A stretch of 63,987 nt of DNA, the filler included, from an uncultured bacterium (lineage in GTDB: Bacteria; Hinthialibacterota; Hinthialibacteria; Hinthialibacterales; Hinthialibacteraceae): the NCBI GenBank assembly GCA_964449065.1. It is 4 parts of 4 records of this genome, joined end to end, with 100 filler letters (N's around TTAATTAATTAA, not from the genome) between each part and the next. Parts side by side here need not be neighbours in the genome. Positions count along the whole stretch, not along the records: positions 1 to 16,408 come from CAYVAZ010000086.1; 3 more parts are not named here. The stretch is one strand, 5' to 3'. Below, one piece after another: positions 1 through 8,931 of the stretch; position 1 is the first letter of the stretch; each line of letters begins with the position of its first letter. The notes under the pieces are model-generated. The model searched no databases. It was not told the DNA's origin and worked only from the letters and a program-made list of their open reading frames with translations. Made by a program: the position numbers and the translations under genes.

Positions 1-14
1 AGCATATCTTCCTT

Positions 15-44
15 ATTATAAAGTGAAGATACTTTCAACGTCAA
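15..44 (-). promoter_or_regulatory. Putative sigma70 promoter for a gene running off the left edge
   Basis: Minus strand reads TTGACG-N18-TATAAT followed by AAGGA and an ATG at 5..3. Confidence 0.5.
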
Positions 45-87
45 GTTTTCAAACCAGTTCGTATGCATGTCACTTCTCTCGGTTTTA

Positions 88-330
88 TACGGCATAACCA
101 ATTCCCGATTGGATTCGCGAAGCAGTGGAAACCGAAGCGTAACCCAACGGCGCAAATCCCCCGGAGCCCAAGGCTCCATCCCCTTATGCAAGGAGGTTCA
201 GGAACGGCACCCTTGCTTGTGATGAGGTAGGTTCCCACTTGTTAAAGGGGGGCGAAGATCGAGGGATAAACCCCAACCTGCCCCTCACCGGCCTTGAAGA
301 GGAAAACGACTGCAAATGGCTGATCTGTTA
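88..330. repeat. Composite cluster of palindromic intergenic repeat modules
   Basis: Hairpins CCAAT-n5-ATTGG and GGAGCC-n3-GGCTCC, two degenerate CCCCTT..AAGGGG cores, and a GCTGATCTGTTA end resembling the family B terminus. Confidence 0.45.
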
Positions 331-402
331 AAATAAATCTTAAAGTGTGAACATTCTTCTCCATAAGTGAAAAGAAAGAATCTTTGCGAATGGAGAAAGT
401 TT

Positions 403-978
403 ATGCAGTCAAACCCAAAATTTACGGTTGATCTCGTATCACAGATGTTTCCTCATACACCAAAAAGCAATATCCAACGAAATCTCCCTTTCGTATTAAG
501 CGCGCTGAAAGATGACGGGTTGGATGACCCGCAGATGGTGCTGATGGCTTTGGCGACCATCCGGGCGGAAACCGAATCGTTTGAACCCATCTCCGAGTAC
601 AAATCCCACTATAACTCCTCCCCCGGAGGTCACTTTGATTTGTATGACCACCGCCGCGATTTAGGCAACCAGGGGCCGCCGGACGGGGCCAACTTCCGCG
701 GCCGGGGATATATCCAACTCACCGGGCGGTATAACTACGAGAAATACGGCAACCGGATCGGTCTGGGAAACGAATTGATTGAGTATCCTGAGAAAGCAAA
801 TGAGCCGGAAGTAGCCGCCAAACTGCTATCCGCGTTTTTAAAGGATAATGAAAACAGCATCAGAGCGGCATTGCAGACGAAAGATTTAGCTGCCACCCGC
901 CGGTTGGTAAATGGAGGCACGCACGGCATTGACCGCTTTAGCGACGCGTTCAATAAAGGAAAATCATTAATTTCCTGA
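403..978 (+). CDS. Glycoside hydrolase family 19 (chitinase/endolysin-like) protein
   Basis: FRGRGYIQLTGRYNY, ATIRAET and RRLVNGG GH19 motifs; GGAG RBS before ATG 403. Confidence 0.85.
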   Translation: MQSNPKFTVDLVSQMFPHTPKSNIQRNLPFVLSALKDDGLDDPQMVLMALATIRAETESFEPISEYKSHYNSSPGGHFDLYDHRRDLGNQGPPDGANFRGRGYIQLTGRYNYEKYGNRIGLGNELIEYPEKANEPEVAAKLLSAFLKDNENSIRAALQTKDLAATRRLVNGGTHGIDRFSDAFNKGKSLIS

Positions 979-1005
979 ACTATTTGAGGTTTACCTTGAT
1001 AGACC

Positions 1006-1115
1006 GTAGTACAGTGTCAACGATTAAATGACGGGGATTGATCCCCCCTACCCCCCTTAACAAGGGGGGAAACAACGGATAGCCAGCCGCCATTTTTTGA
1101 TTGACAGACTAGTAG
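1006..1115. mobile_element. Family A MITE-like element (type 1 ends around CCCCCCTTAACAAGGGGGG core)
   Basis: Imperfect terminal inverted repeats (TAGTACAGTGTCAA..AAATGACGG / CCGCCATTTT..TTGACAGACTAG); 1039-1112 is a near reverse complement of 34134-34210. Confidence 0.7.
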
Positions 1116-1139
1116 GGGCACGTTGCAACGTGCCCCGAC
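1112..1139. repeat. GTAG-type REP palindrome
   Basis: GTAG followed by perfect 22-bp palindrome GGGGCACGTTGCAACGTGCCCC (1115-1136) between convergent genes. Confidence 0.65.
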
Positions 1140-1172
1140 ACGAATCGAATGCAATTCTTCAATATTTCATCA

Positions 1173-2309
1173 TTATGGCGCCCAAATGGTGCAGCCGATA
1201 TACCGCTCCGGGTGTTCGCCGGTGCTGATGTAGTAAACCGTCACGATCTTACCATCCGGGCGTTGGACCGAGCGCACATAGCCGATATCGCGGTCGCGGC
1301 CGTCATCGCGCAGCACAATCGGTTCGCTCCAGGTTTTGCCGTCATCCCGGCTGATTTTCGCTTCGATGCTGAACGGGTCTTTACGCACTCCATAAGTAAG
1401 GCACAGCGAACCGTCTTCCAGTTTAATCAACGCGGGCGGGTTCCCCACGCCGACATCCTCAACCGGTTCGCCGTAGTGTTCCCAGGTTGTGCCGTTGTCA
1501 TGTGAGATGTAGGCTTCGATCCAGCGGCGGTCTTCGCGGCGGCGCAAGGTGGTTAAGATGCTGTCTTCATCCAAGCGCACGGTTGATGGCATGATCGAAA
1601 ACCCTTCCGGTTCGGGGCCGATTAGTGAGACGAGTTTCCAAGTCTTGCCGCCATCGGTGGTGCGCGCGCAAAGCGGACGGCCTTCTTCACCATCGCTTTT
1701 GGCCGCGGTGATAAAGATCATGCAGTCATGCCTACCGTTGACGATATAATCCGTCCGCGCCGCGGTGCCGGGTTGGCCGAAGTCCGGCAGGCGAAAGGGG
1801 CCTTCCCAATCGCGCCCGCGTGAGTACGAATAATAAAAGCGCGATTGCCCGTCATCCACACTGGTCGCGCGCAGGGTCATGCAAAAATCAGGATGAAGAA
1901 AGTTGATCCCACCGGGGCAGTCTTGCAGTTCTTCCGCTTTCATACCTTCTTGTTCTACGCCATGCAAAAAGTCTCCCGCCGGGACAAGTTTTCCCTTCTC
2001 GGCGGGATGCTCCAACGTCCAGGTTTCGCCGTCCAGCGAGCGCGCCATCCACCATTCTTCCGGCTTTTCACGGTCAATATGATGGCGGTCGCCCATATAT
2101 TTGTAATATCCTCTGCTAAAACCAAACAATATTTCGTTGCCCCAATTCCACATCCCATGATTGGCAGGCCACCCGCCAAAACGGCCCTTCTCAAAATAAA
2201 CCTTTGAATGCTCCACATAAGACGGTTTTGTTTGCGCGTGGGATGCGATGGATATTACAGCAACAGCAATTACACCTAAACAAAATCGTAACCAAAGTTT
2301 CATGTTCAT
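1173..2309 (-). CDS. Secreted BNR/Asp-box sialidase-like protein
   Basis: Signal peptide; Asp-boxes SLDGETW, TTDGGKTW, SHDNGTTW, SRDDGKTW; start moved to MNMK (2309 or 2303) after AAGGA. Confidence 0.8.
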   Translation of the reverse strand: MNMKLWLRFCLGVIAVAVISIASHAQTKPSYVEHSKVYFEKGRFGGWPANHGMWNWGNEILFGFSRGYYKYMGDRHHIDREKPEEWWMARSLDGETWTLEHPAEKGKLVPAGDFLHGVEQEGMKAEELQDCPGGINFLHPDFCMTLRATSVDDGQSRFYYSYSRGRDWEGPFRLPDFGQPGTAARTDYIVNGRHDCMIFITAAKSDGEEGRPLCARTTDGGKTWKLVSLIGPEPEGFSIMPSTVRLDEDSILTTLRRREDRRWIEAYISHDNGTTWEHYGEPVEDVGVGNPPALIKLEDGSLCLTYGVRKDPFSIEAKISRDDGKTWSEPIVLRDDGRDRDIGYVRSVQRPDGKIVTVYYISTGEHPERYIGCTIWAP

Positions 2310-2408
2310 TTTCCTTTTTAATTTGATAAATCCGGCAAAACACGTATGCTTTATCAATAATGGAAATTCAAGCAATAATCAAGCACTGCTCTCCAAAAGG
2401 ATACCGGT

Positions 2409-4691
2409 ATGAAGAAAAAAATTTTCATTGCCCTTGCGGTACTATTGATCGTGGGACTGGGTGCCGGATACATTTATTTGGATAAAATCCTGACCTCTAT
2501 CGTTATTTCAACCCTCAATTCACAATACGGGCTTCGGGTTGAGATGGAAAATCTAACGCTGGGCGCCGTACCCGGCTGGGTGACCCTCAATAATCCCCAT
2601 GTGTATGATGCCCGTTCGCAAGCGAATTCGGAACTCGCTTCCGCGGAGGATATTCAACTCAGCGTCCACCCTACCAAAATCCTCAGCGGGCAAGTGGAGA
2701 TGAAGGAACTGCGTTCTACAGCACTGGCTGTGCATATCGAAGAACAGGATGACCAGTCGCTGAATTGGTCCAGCGTCATCCCGCGCTTTATCGCGCAGGC
2801 AGAGACCCAACCGCAGCCTAAAGCACAACAACAAGAAACCGCTGTGGAGGCTTCTTCTGAAGCGGCGAAGATTCCTGCCTTGTCTTTCCAAAACCTGCAA
2901 CTGAATTACACCGGCAAAAGCAAAGATGCCCTCAACAAATACAACATCACCTTGGGTGAGCTCAAGCATGATCCATCCGAACAGCTATTGTCGGTAAGTC
3001 AATTCAGCACCAGCCGCAACCAAGAAACCGTCGCCTCGATTGAAACCGCATCCGTTCACAATGTAATGGGCGGTTCCGGCAAAATACATCTGAATGCGGG
3101 AGGTGTCATGCTAACCGCTCAAGAGCAGGCCAACGGCAACTACAACTGCGGTGATGTCGTCGATGCCTGGTTGAGTGTGTTTACTAAGATTCAGAAATTG
3201 CTTCCCGCTTCCAATGAAAATTCATCCGAAAAGCAAGATATACCGGTAGGTGATATTGTCGTCAGCAATGTCCGCTTCCATATACTGCCGGTGGAAGTAG
3301 AGCCCAATACAGAAGGCGCCATTGCCTTTCAACTCAACCGCATGGAATACAAAACAGCCAGCGGAGATATCATCATTTCCGGCTTGCTAATGCGGGAAGC
3401 GGGAGAGCCCGCCGTAACCGTCGATACTCTCACAATGAACTATGATATGGATACCCATACGGTCAAATCAGTGGCATCGCAAGGTTTGAACATCGACATT
3501 CGTGAAAACGCCGAAGGGGTCTTCAATTTCAACCGTGCCATCAACCGCATTCAAGATGTGATCGAATCGCTTATCCCCAAACCGGAACAACAAACCGCGC
3601 AGGCCTCTTCATTCGAAACCACTATCCCTGCTTCCATCCATTTCAACAAAAGTCTCATCACGTATCACAAACAAGATGGAAACAATCATTCAATGAAATG
3701 GGATGGATTGACTTACTCGCAAGAATCCAATCAAGTGACATTCACCGGTACACGAATGGGCCGGATAACCCCAGACAAAACGGAATGGATCTATATCCCA
3801 ACTGTAACAGCCGTACCCGTGAAAGATAAACAATTTAGCGAATGGGATTCTCTGTTAATCGAAAACATGAAATCCTCTTTAAAGATGAAAAAAGAAGGGC
3901 TCGATTTAACCCCTGTAATTCAGGATTGGATTGCGTTCTCCTCATCCTTCACATCCAAATCGGATTCATCCGCTTCTTCAAGTTCAAAAATGCCGTTTCG
4001 TACCATCCAAATTTCTAACGCGGATATAAAGTATACGGATTTACGTCAAGAACCGTACATCACGCATCATCTGTCTCCGGTCACCGTGTTGTGGAAGAAC
4101 CAAGACAACCAAACCGCATCGCTCTCGTGGAACTCGGACATCATCGCGCCCGGCAAAGGCAAATTGGTCTTTCAAGGCACCAGCTCGCAAAACCTGGCAC
4201 CGCTGAATCTGAATGGAAAGCCGGAACTTACCATCGAAAATCTGCCCGCGTACGAATCGTTCTATCAAGGCAAAATGCCGGTGAAAATCGACAAAGGCGG
4301 TTTGCGGCTGGAAGGGAATGTTGCCATCAACGATAATCAATTGGATTCTAATTTCGATATCTTTTTGCTGCAGCCGAAATTTTCCGTCTCGACCGGGAAC
4401 TTGCCGATTCAGATTGACGGCCGCGCGGCGGTATCGACTCTCAATTCGCTCAAAGACAAAAACGGAGTGATTGCGTTTCGGGGCAATAGACTTGCGGGCG
4501 ATATTACCAACCCGCAATTCAGTTTTGGCACCAGTATTGCCAATATCCTGGTACAATCCATATTCAAACAAGGTTTGAATATCCTCTCACTTCCAAAAAA
4601 TATCGCGGAAGAAGGTGTGGGCGTGATCAAAGAAGGAGCGGGGAAAGTCGGGAAAGTACTGGATGGCATTTTGAATATAGGTAACAATTAA
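2409..4691 (+). CDS. AsmA-like/DUF748-type membrane-anchored protein
   Basis: N-terminal TM anchor, repeated beta-rich units, C-terminal L-x-G-D-I-T-N-P-Q-F motif and amphipathic tail. Confidence 0.6.
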   Translation: MKKKIFIALAVLLIVGLGAGYIYLDKILTSIVISTLNSQYGLRVEMENLTLGAVPGWVTLNNPHVYDARSQANSELASAEDIQLSVHPTKILSGQVEMKELRSTALAVHIEEQDDQSLNWSSVIPRFIAQAETQPQPKAQQQETAVEASSEAAKIPALSFQNLQLNYTGKSKDALNKYNITLGELKHDPSEQLLSVSQFSTSRNQETVASIETASVHNVMGGSGKIHLNAGGVMLTAQEQANGNYNCGDVVDAWLSVFTKIQKLLPASNENSSEKQDIPVGDIVVSNVRFHILPVEVEPNTEGAIAFQLNRMEYKTASGDIIISGLLMREAGEPAVTVDTLTMNYDMDTHTVKSVASQGLNIDIRENAEGVFNFNRAINRIQDVIESLIPKPEQQTAQASSFETTIPASIHFNKSLITYHKQDGNNHSMKWDGLTYSQESNQVTFTGTRMGRITPDKTEWIYIPTVTAVPVKDKQFSEWDSLLIENMKSSLKMKKEGLDLTPVIQDWIAFSSSFTSKSDSSASSSSKMPFRTIQISNADIKYTDLRQEPYITHHLSPVTVLWKNQDNQTASLSWNSDIIAPGKGKLVFQGTSSQNLAPLNLNGKPELTIENLPAYESFYQGKMPVKIDKGGLRLEGNVAINDNQLDSNFDIFLLQPKFSVSTGNLPIQIDGRAAVSTLNSLKDKNGVIAFRGNRLAGDITNPQFSFGTSIANILVQSIFKQGLNILSLPKNIAEEGVGVIKEGAGKVGKVLDGILNIGNN

Positions 4692-4813
4692 AACGTGCAA
4701 TTCCCCCCCCGAAATATACACGGAATAAACGAACCGTCCGCTGCCATGAGGCTTCGCTTCGGCCGGCTTTAGAAAGACAATTAAGAAATAAGCGCTTAAA
4801 AGGACAATTTAAC

Positions 4814-5926
4814 ATGAACTATCTTATTCAAGTTATAAACGATATTTGGATGATGATGACCGCCGCCGCGCCCTACATTTTGTTGGGCTTTTTGGCGGCC
4901 GGTGTATTGCATACTTTTGTAAAAGCAGACCGTATTGTATCACTGCTGGGTAAGCGAAGTTGGAAATCCGTCACCCTGGCTTCTTTATGCGGGGTACCCT
5001 TGCCGCTGTGCTCGTGCTCGGTGCTGCCGACAGCCGCCGCTTTGCGCAAGAAAGGGGCAAGCCGGGGGGCGACGACTTCGTTTTTGATCTCCACCCCGGA
5101 AACCGGGGTGGATTCTATCGCGCTTACCTACGGTATGATGGGCGGATGGATGGCAGTCTTGCGTCCGGTAGCGGCGGGAATCACCGCTTTAAGCGCCGGT
5201 CTTGCCGTGAACTACTTCGGCGGCAACGAGCCGGAGAAAATGCAGGATGATGAAGAAACCACACCCTCCTGCTGCCACAAAGAAGAACCCAAACAAAAAA
5301 GCTGCTGCCATACCGAAGAGCAAGATGAGAGCCTTCAACCCAAACCGCAATCGTGGTGGTATAAAACGCTGCATTATGGGTTTGTTCAACTGAGCGATGA
5401 TTTGGCGAAATGGCTGGCTCTAGGGTTTATCCTCTCCGGTTTAATAGCGGCTTTGATCCCTGCTTCTGTGTTTGACAGCTGGGTAGGGCAAGGCTTTTCA
5501 TCCCTGGTGCTGATGCTGATCATTAGCATGCCCATGTACATCTGCGCTTCCGGCTCAACTCCGGTGGCGGCCGCCATGCTGATGAAAGGGTTGTCTCCTG
5601 GTGCGGCGGTTGTATTGCTGTTGGCGGGCCCCGCAACCAATATGGCCTCACTGCCCTTGCTGTATAAAATGCTGGGCAAACGCTCAACGTTTATTTATTT
5701 GGGCTGCATATTTACCATGACATTGGCGATAGGTGTCTTGATTAACGTTTTCTTTACCGCCGATCAATTCGTGATCAACCTTGGCCATGAACATGGTGAG
5801 AGTGCTGCTTCCATCTTTAAAACAACTTGCGCGGTCATCCTTGCAGGATTGATTCTCAAAGGCTTATGGTATGGCGACCCGATGATCCCCAAAGCCAAAC
5901 CTACAGCGGAACATCAACACGCATAA
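4814..5926 (+). CDS. SO_0444/ArsP (DUF318) family heavy-metal permease
   Basis: PLPLCSCSVLP, FLISTPETGVDS, PMYICASGSTP, GPATN motifs; central CCH..CCH loop. Confidence 0.85.
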   Translation: MNYLIQVINDIWMMMTAAAPYILLGFLAAGVLHTFVKADRIVSLLGKRSWKSVTLASLCGVPLPLCSCSVLPTAAALRKKGASRGATTSFLISTPETGVDSIALTYGMMGGWMAVLRPVAAGITALSAGLAVNYFGGNEPEKMQDDEETTPSCCHKEEPKQKSCCHTEEQDESLQPKPQSWWYKTLHYGFVQLSDDLAKWLALGFILSGLIAALIPASVFDSWVGQGFSSLVLMLIISMPMYICASGSTPVAAAMLMKGLSPGAAVVLLLAGPATNMASLPLLYKMLGKRSTFIYLGCIFTMTLAIGVLINVFFTADQFVINLGHEHGESAASIFKTTCAVILAGLILKGLWYGDPMIPKAKPTAEHQHA

Positions 5927-6094
5927 GACGATATATCAATTATATATTCTTTCACATTCATTTTTTTGATGTTTCGAGTAACGAATCATTACACAATTTC
6001 AAAAATATAGAATTAAACCGAAAAAATTTTGTTCTGTAAATACTTATTAAATTTATATTTACAAAAATAAGTAAATAATAATGGAAAATAATTG

Positions 6095-6124
6095 TTGACA
6101 ATATGGAAAATTTATTTATAGTAT
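6095..6124 (+). promoter_or_regulatory. Putative sigma70 promoter of the tad locus
   Basis: TTGACA (6095-6100) with TATAGT/TAGTAT 16-18 nt downstream in a very AT-rich leader. Confidence 0.5.
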
Positions 6125-6257
6125 AGAGAAATAAAGTCGAGGGCTTGGACAAGTAATCGGCTAGACATAAAGTAAATCATAAAATTTCGGAGAATCATTT
6201 TTTTGTTTAATATATTTACTAAATTAAGTAATAAATTTTTACTGGAAAGATAACGCC

Positions 6258-6446
6258 ATGAAACACATTAAACTGTACCTTAAACAATTCTTTGCAGAAG
6301 ATAACGGCGCTACAGCAACGGAATATGCTGTTGTGATTGCGTTCATCGCAATCGCGATTATGGCGGCTGTCACGGTATTTGGTCAGGCTGTCGCCGCATG
6401 GTTCACAGGTACCGCCCCGACAGTTGGGGGTTTACCGACCAACTAG
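6258..6446 (+). CDS. flp: Flp/Fap type IVb pilin 1
   Basis: 62 aa, G/ATATEY cleavage and Flp motif, hydrophobic helix. Confidence 0.92.
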   Translation: MKHIKLYLKQFFAEDNGATATEYAVVIAFIAIAIMAAVTVFGQAVAAWFTGTAPTVGGLPTN

Positions 6447-6487
6447 GTTGGATTGAAAGAAATTAGGGTGGTTTGACGCAATCTTCA

Positions 6488-6528
6488 ATCCCCCCTACCT
6501 CCCACTTAATAAAGGGGGAAACAAAGGA
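6488..6528. repeat. Family A core between the two flp genes
   Basis: ATCCCCCCTACCTCCCACTTAATAAAGGGGGAAACAAAGGA matches 1041-1079. Confidence 0.65.
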
Positions 6529-6599
6529 CAAAGGAATAAAGCGCCTTGCGCGCTAAAAAGTGGACACGATCCACAAATAACTTTTTTGGAGGCAGACTC

Positions 6600-6788
6600 A
6601 TGAAAACACTACTTACAGCAACCCGCAGTTTTATCCGTGAAGAAGATGGAGCCACCGCCGTTGAATACGCAGTCGTCGTAGCCCTGATCATTATCGGAGC
6701 CATTGCAGCCGTGACCGCGTTCGGTACCGCATTGACCGGTTGGTTTAACGGCTCAGCCGGAACGGTTGGCGGTTTACCGACCAGCTAA
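6600..6788 (+). CDS. flp: Flp/Fap type IVb pilin 2
   Basis: G/ATAVEY motif; GGAGG RBS before ATG 6600; shares TVGGLPT C-terminus with pilin 1. Confidence 0.92.
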   Translation: MKTLLTATRSFIREEDGATAVEYAVVVALIIIGAIAAVTAFGTALTGWFNGSAGTVGGLPTS

Positions 6789-6800
6789 TTGCCAGCTTAT

Positions 6801-6871
6801 GGGAGAGTTATTCCAGGATGTTTCTTCCCCTTCGAACATTCATCCTTGTCTGCTCCTGGAATAACTCTCCC
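6801..6871 (+). promoter_or_regulatory. 18-bp perfect stem-loop after flp2 (mRNA stabiliser/attenuator candidate)
   Basis: GGGAGAGTTATTCCAGGA (6801-6818) and TCCTGGAATAACTCTCCC (6854-6871). Confidence 0.6.
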
Positions 6872-6948
6872 GATTTTGAATGATGAAGTAGAACTGATGA
6901 ATTGTCATGTGATTGGGTTGAAATTATTAACAGACAGGATGCGAAATC

Positions 6949-7476
6949 ATGAATTTTGAAACCGCTTTCAGCATAAGTACCGCCAGTGCCGTTTTGGCAG
7001 CCGCCGCGGTTTGCGATATCCGCTACCGGCGGATACCGAATGTGCTGACAGGGTTTGCCATTCTGTTTGGTTTTGGATTTCATCTTGCCGTGAGCGGTGT
7101 TGAGGGCCTGTTATTTAGTGTGTTCGGTTGTGGGACCGGATTGGCTTTGCTTTTGATCCCCTATTGCGTGAGGGCGATGGGAGCCGGGGACGTCAAACTG
7201 ATGATGGCCGCCGGCGCGATGGTTGGAAGCACAGCCGCTTTGTATGGATTTGTGTACACGGCCCTATGGGGCGGGTTGATTGGAATGTGGATGATGATGA
7301 ACGCTGGTATGTTGCAAGACTTTTGCACCCGCTTGTATCTTTTATCCAGCCAAGGAAGTTTTTCGACAAGCGCGGATTCGCTGCGTTTAGAAGCATCCGC
7401 CTGCCCGCCAATGCCATACGGTTTCGTGATCGCGCTAGGATTTTGCACCCAATTTGCTGTCATAACCGTATCGTAG
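6949..7476 (+). CDS. cpaA: A24 prepilin peptidase CpaA/TadV
   Basis: DIRYRRIPN, GAGDVKL and PYG motifs; multi-TM; next to flp genes. Confidence 0.9.
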   Translation: MNFETAFSISTASAVLAAAAVCDIRYRRIPNVLTGFAILFGFGFHLAVSGVEGLLFSVFGCGTGLALLLIPYCVRAMGAGDVKLMMAAGAMVGSTAALYGFVYTALWGGLIGMWMMMNAGMLQDFCTRLYLLSSQGSFSTSADSLRLEASACPPMPYGFVIALGFCTQFAVITVS

Positions 7477-7534
7477 CGCCTTTATTCACGAAATTACACA
7501 AATCCACAATTCACTCGAAGCTGAGGTGTGAGCC

Positions 7535-7960
7535 ATGACTAGCTTACCAGTACCCAAACGTTTTCACTCGAAACGCGGATCGGCAGCTGTGGAATTTGCT
7601 GTTATCCTTCCCATCTTTTTGACCATGCTATTTGGAATGGTTGAATTCGGGCGTGTGCTTTCGGTGCAGCACGTTGTCAATTCGGCCGCGCGCGAGGGAG
7701 CGCGGGTAGCCTCGCTGCCCGGCACGGATAACGCGATTGTTACAGCGGCCGTGCAAACCGAACTCAACAACACCGGCATTCCGCTCGATGCCATTACCTT
7801 TATTCCACCGGATGTCGCCCAAGTCAGTCCGAATGAACCCGTCACGGTGACCGTGCAGGTGAACTACAGTTCCATCGGCTGGATTCAGGGATTTTTCCCT
7901 GGATTTAACGGTTCTGTTTTGCAAGGAACCGTGGTGATGCGCAAGGAGGGAGTCGGGTAA
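7535..7960 (+). CDS. tadE: TadE/TadG-family minor pilin
   Basis: RGSAAVEFAVILP..FGMVEFG..AAREGAR. Confidence 0.88.
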   Translation: MTSLPVPKRFHSKRGSAAVEFAVILPIFLTMLFGMVEFGRVLSVQHVVNSAAREGARVASLPGTDNAIVTAAVQTELNNTGIPLDAITFIPPDVAQVSPNEPVTVTVQVNYSSIGWIQGFFPGFNGSVLQGTVVMRKEGVG

Positions 7961-7993
7961 GAACGTCCGGCCCGGCGGGAGCCTTGCCCTCCC
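7961..7993. repeat. Family C REP-like unit inside the tad operon
   Basis: GGCCCGGCGGGAGCCTTGCCCTCCC, matches 16645-16669 and 46847-46871. Confidence 0.6.
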
Positions 7994-8034
7994 CCCCTTT
8001 TATACAGTCAAAATTAAATCCAAAGGAGTCAATC

Positions 8035-8892
8035 ATGTCGAAAGGTGCCGCGTTTTTTACATTGCTTATCGCTATATTTGCCGGGCTCATCGCAAGTTAT
8101 TCGGTGTCGAACTACATCCAAACCATTCAAGCGAAGAATGCCAATGATGAGGATGGGTGGAAAAGCGTTGTGATCGCGAAGTCGGAGATTCCCGCCGGTG
8201 AGAAAATTAAAGCGGGAATGCTGGCCGCCAAAAAAATGCAGCCGGAATTTTTGCCGGATGGCATCTTTACCGCGCAAGAAGCGGTGATTGACCGGGTACC
8301 GATGAATACCATTTTTCCGGGAGAGATGGTATTGCAAAGCCGCCTGGCCGATGCCGGTGCGCCTTCGGGATTGCCCGCAATGATTCCAGACGGCCATCGC
8401 GCGATTACGCTGAAGGTGGATGATACCATCGGCGTGGGCGGGTTTATTCAGCCCGGTAACTTTGTTGATATTGTTACCACCGTGGATGTGGGTGTCTCCG
8501 AACGCAAATTAGTCAGCAAGGTAATTTTGCAAAATGTGCTGGTGATCGCGACCGGCAGTGAAATCAATCAATCGGAAGAGAAGAAATCCAAAGTGGTCCC
8601 AACGGTGACGGTGTTGGTTTCGCTGGAAAAGGCGGAGCGTTTGGCATTGGCCACCAGCGCGGGCAGCATTCGGTTGGTATTGCGCAGCCACGCGGATAAG
8701 GGAGAGGAAATGACCGAAGGGGTAACGCTGGCGAATTTGATCCCGCAGGCCAACCAGGATGTGCGCGAATTGCCTCTGCCGCAACCGGTTACCATCCCCG
8801 AACCGGAACCCAAACCGGAGCCCACGAAAAAAAGGCATGTCGTAGAACTATATAAAGGCACGGAAAAATCGGAAATTAGTTTTCAGAAGTAA
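8035..8892 (+). CDS. cpaB: Flp pilus assembly protein CpaB/RcpC
   Basis: SAF domain, GHRAITLKVD, GVGGFIQPGNFVD, ILQNVLVIA; AAGGAG RBS before ATG 8035. Confidence 0.92.
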   Translation: MSKGAAFFTLLIAIFAGLIASYSVSNYIQTIQAKNANDEDGWKSVVIAKSEIPAGEKIKAGMLAAKKMQPEFLPDGIFTAQEAVIDRVPMNTIFPGEMVLQSRLADAGAPSGLPAMIPDGHRAITLKVDDTIGVGGFIQPGNFVDIVTTVDVGVSERKLVSKVILQNVLVIATGSEINQSEEKKSKVVPTVTVLVSLEKAERLALATSAGSIRLVLRSHADKGEEMTEGVTLANLIPQANQDVRELPLPQPVTIPEPEPKPEPTKKRHVVELYKGTEKSEISFQK

Positions 8893-8931
8893 AGGAGCAA
8901 ACTTCAAGGGTATCGAGAAAGAGGACGCATT

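Noticed and set aside
41..240. Possible structured ncRNA (6S RNA or c-di-GMP riboswitch) or 65-aa ORF
   Set aside because: No 5'/3' end complementarity for 6S and riboswitch motifs are incomplete; hairpins are better explained as repeat modules
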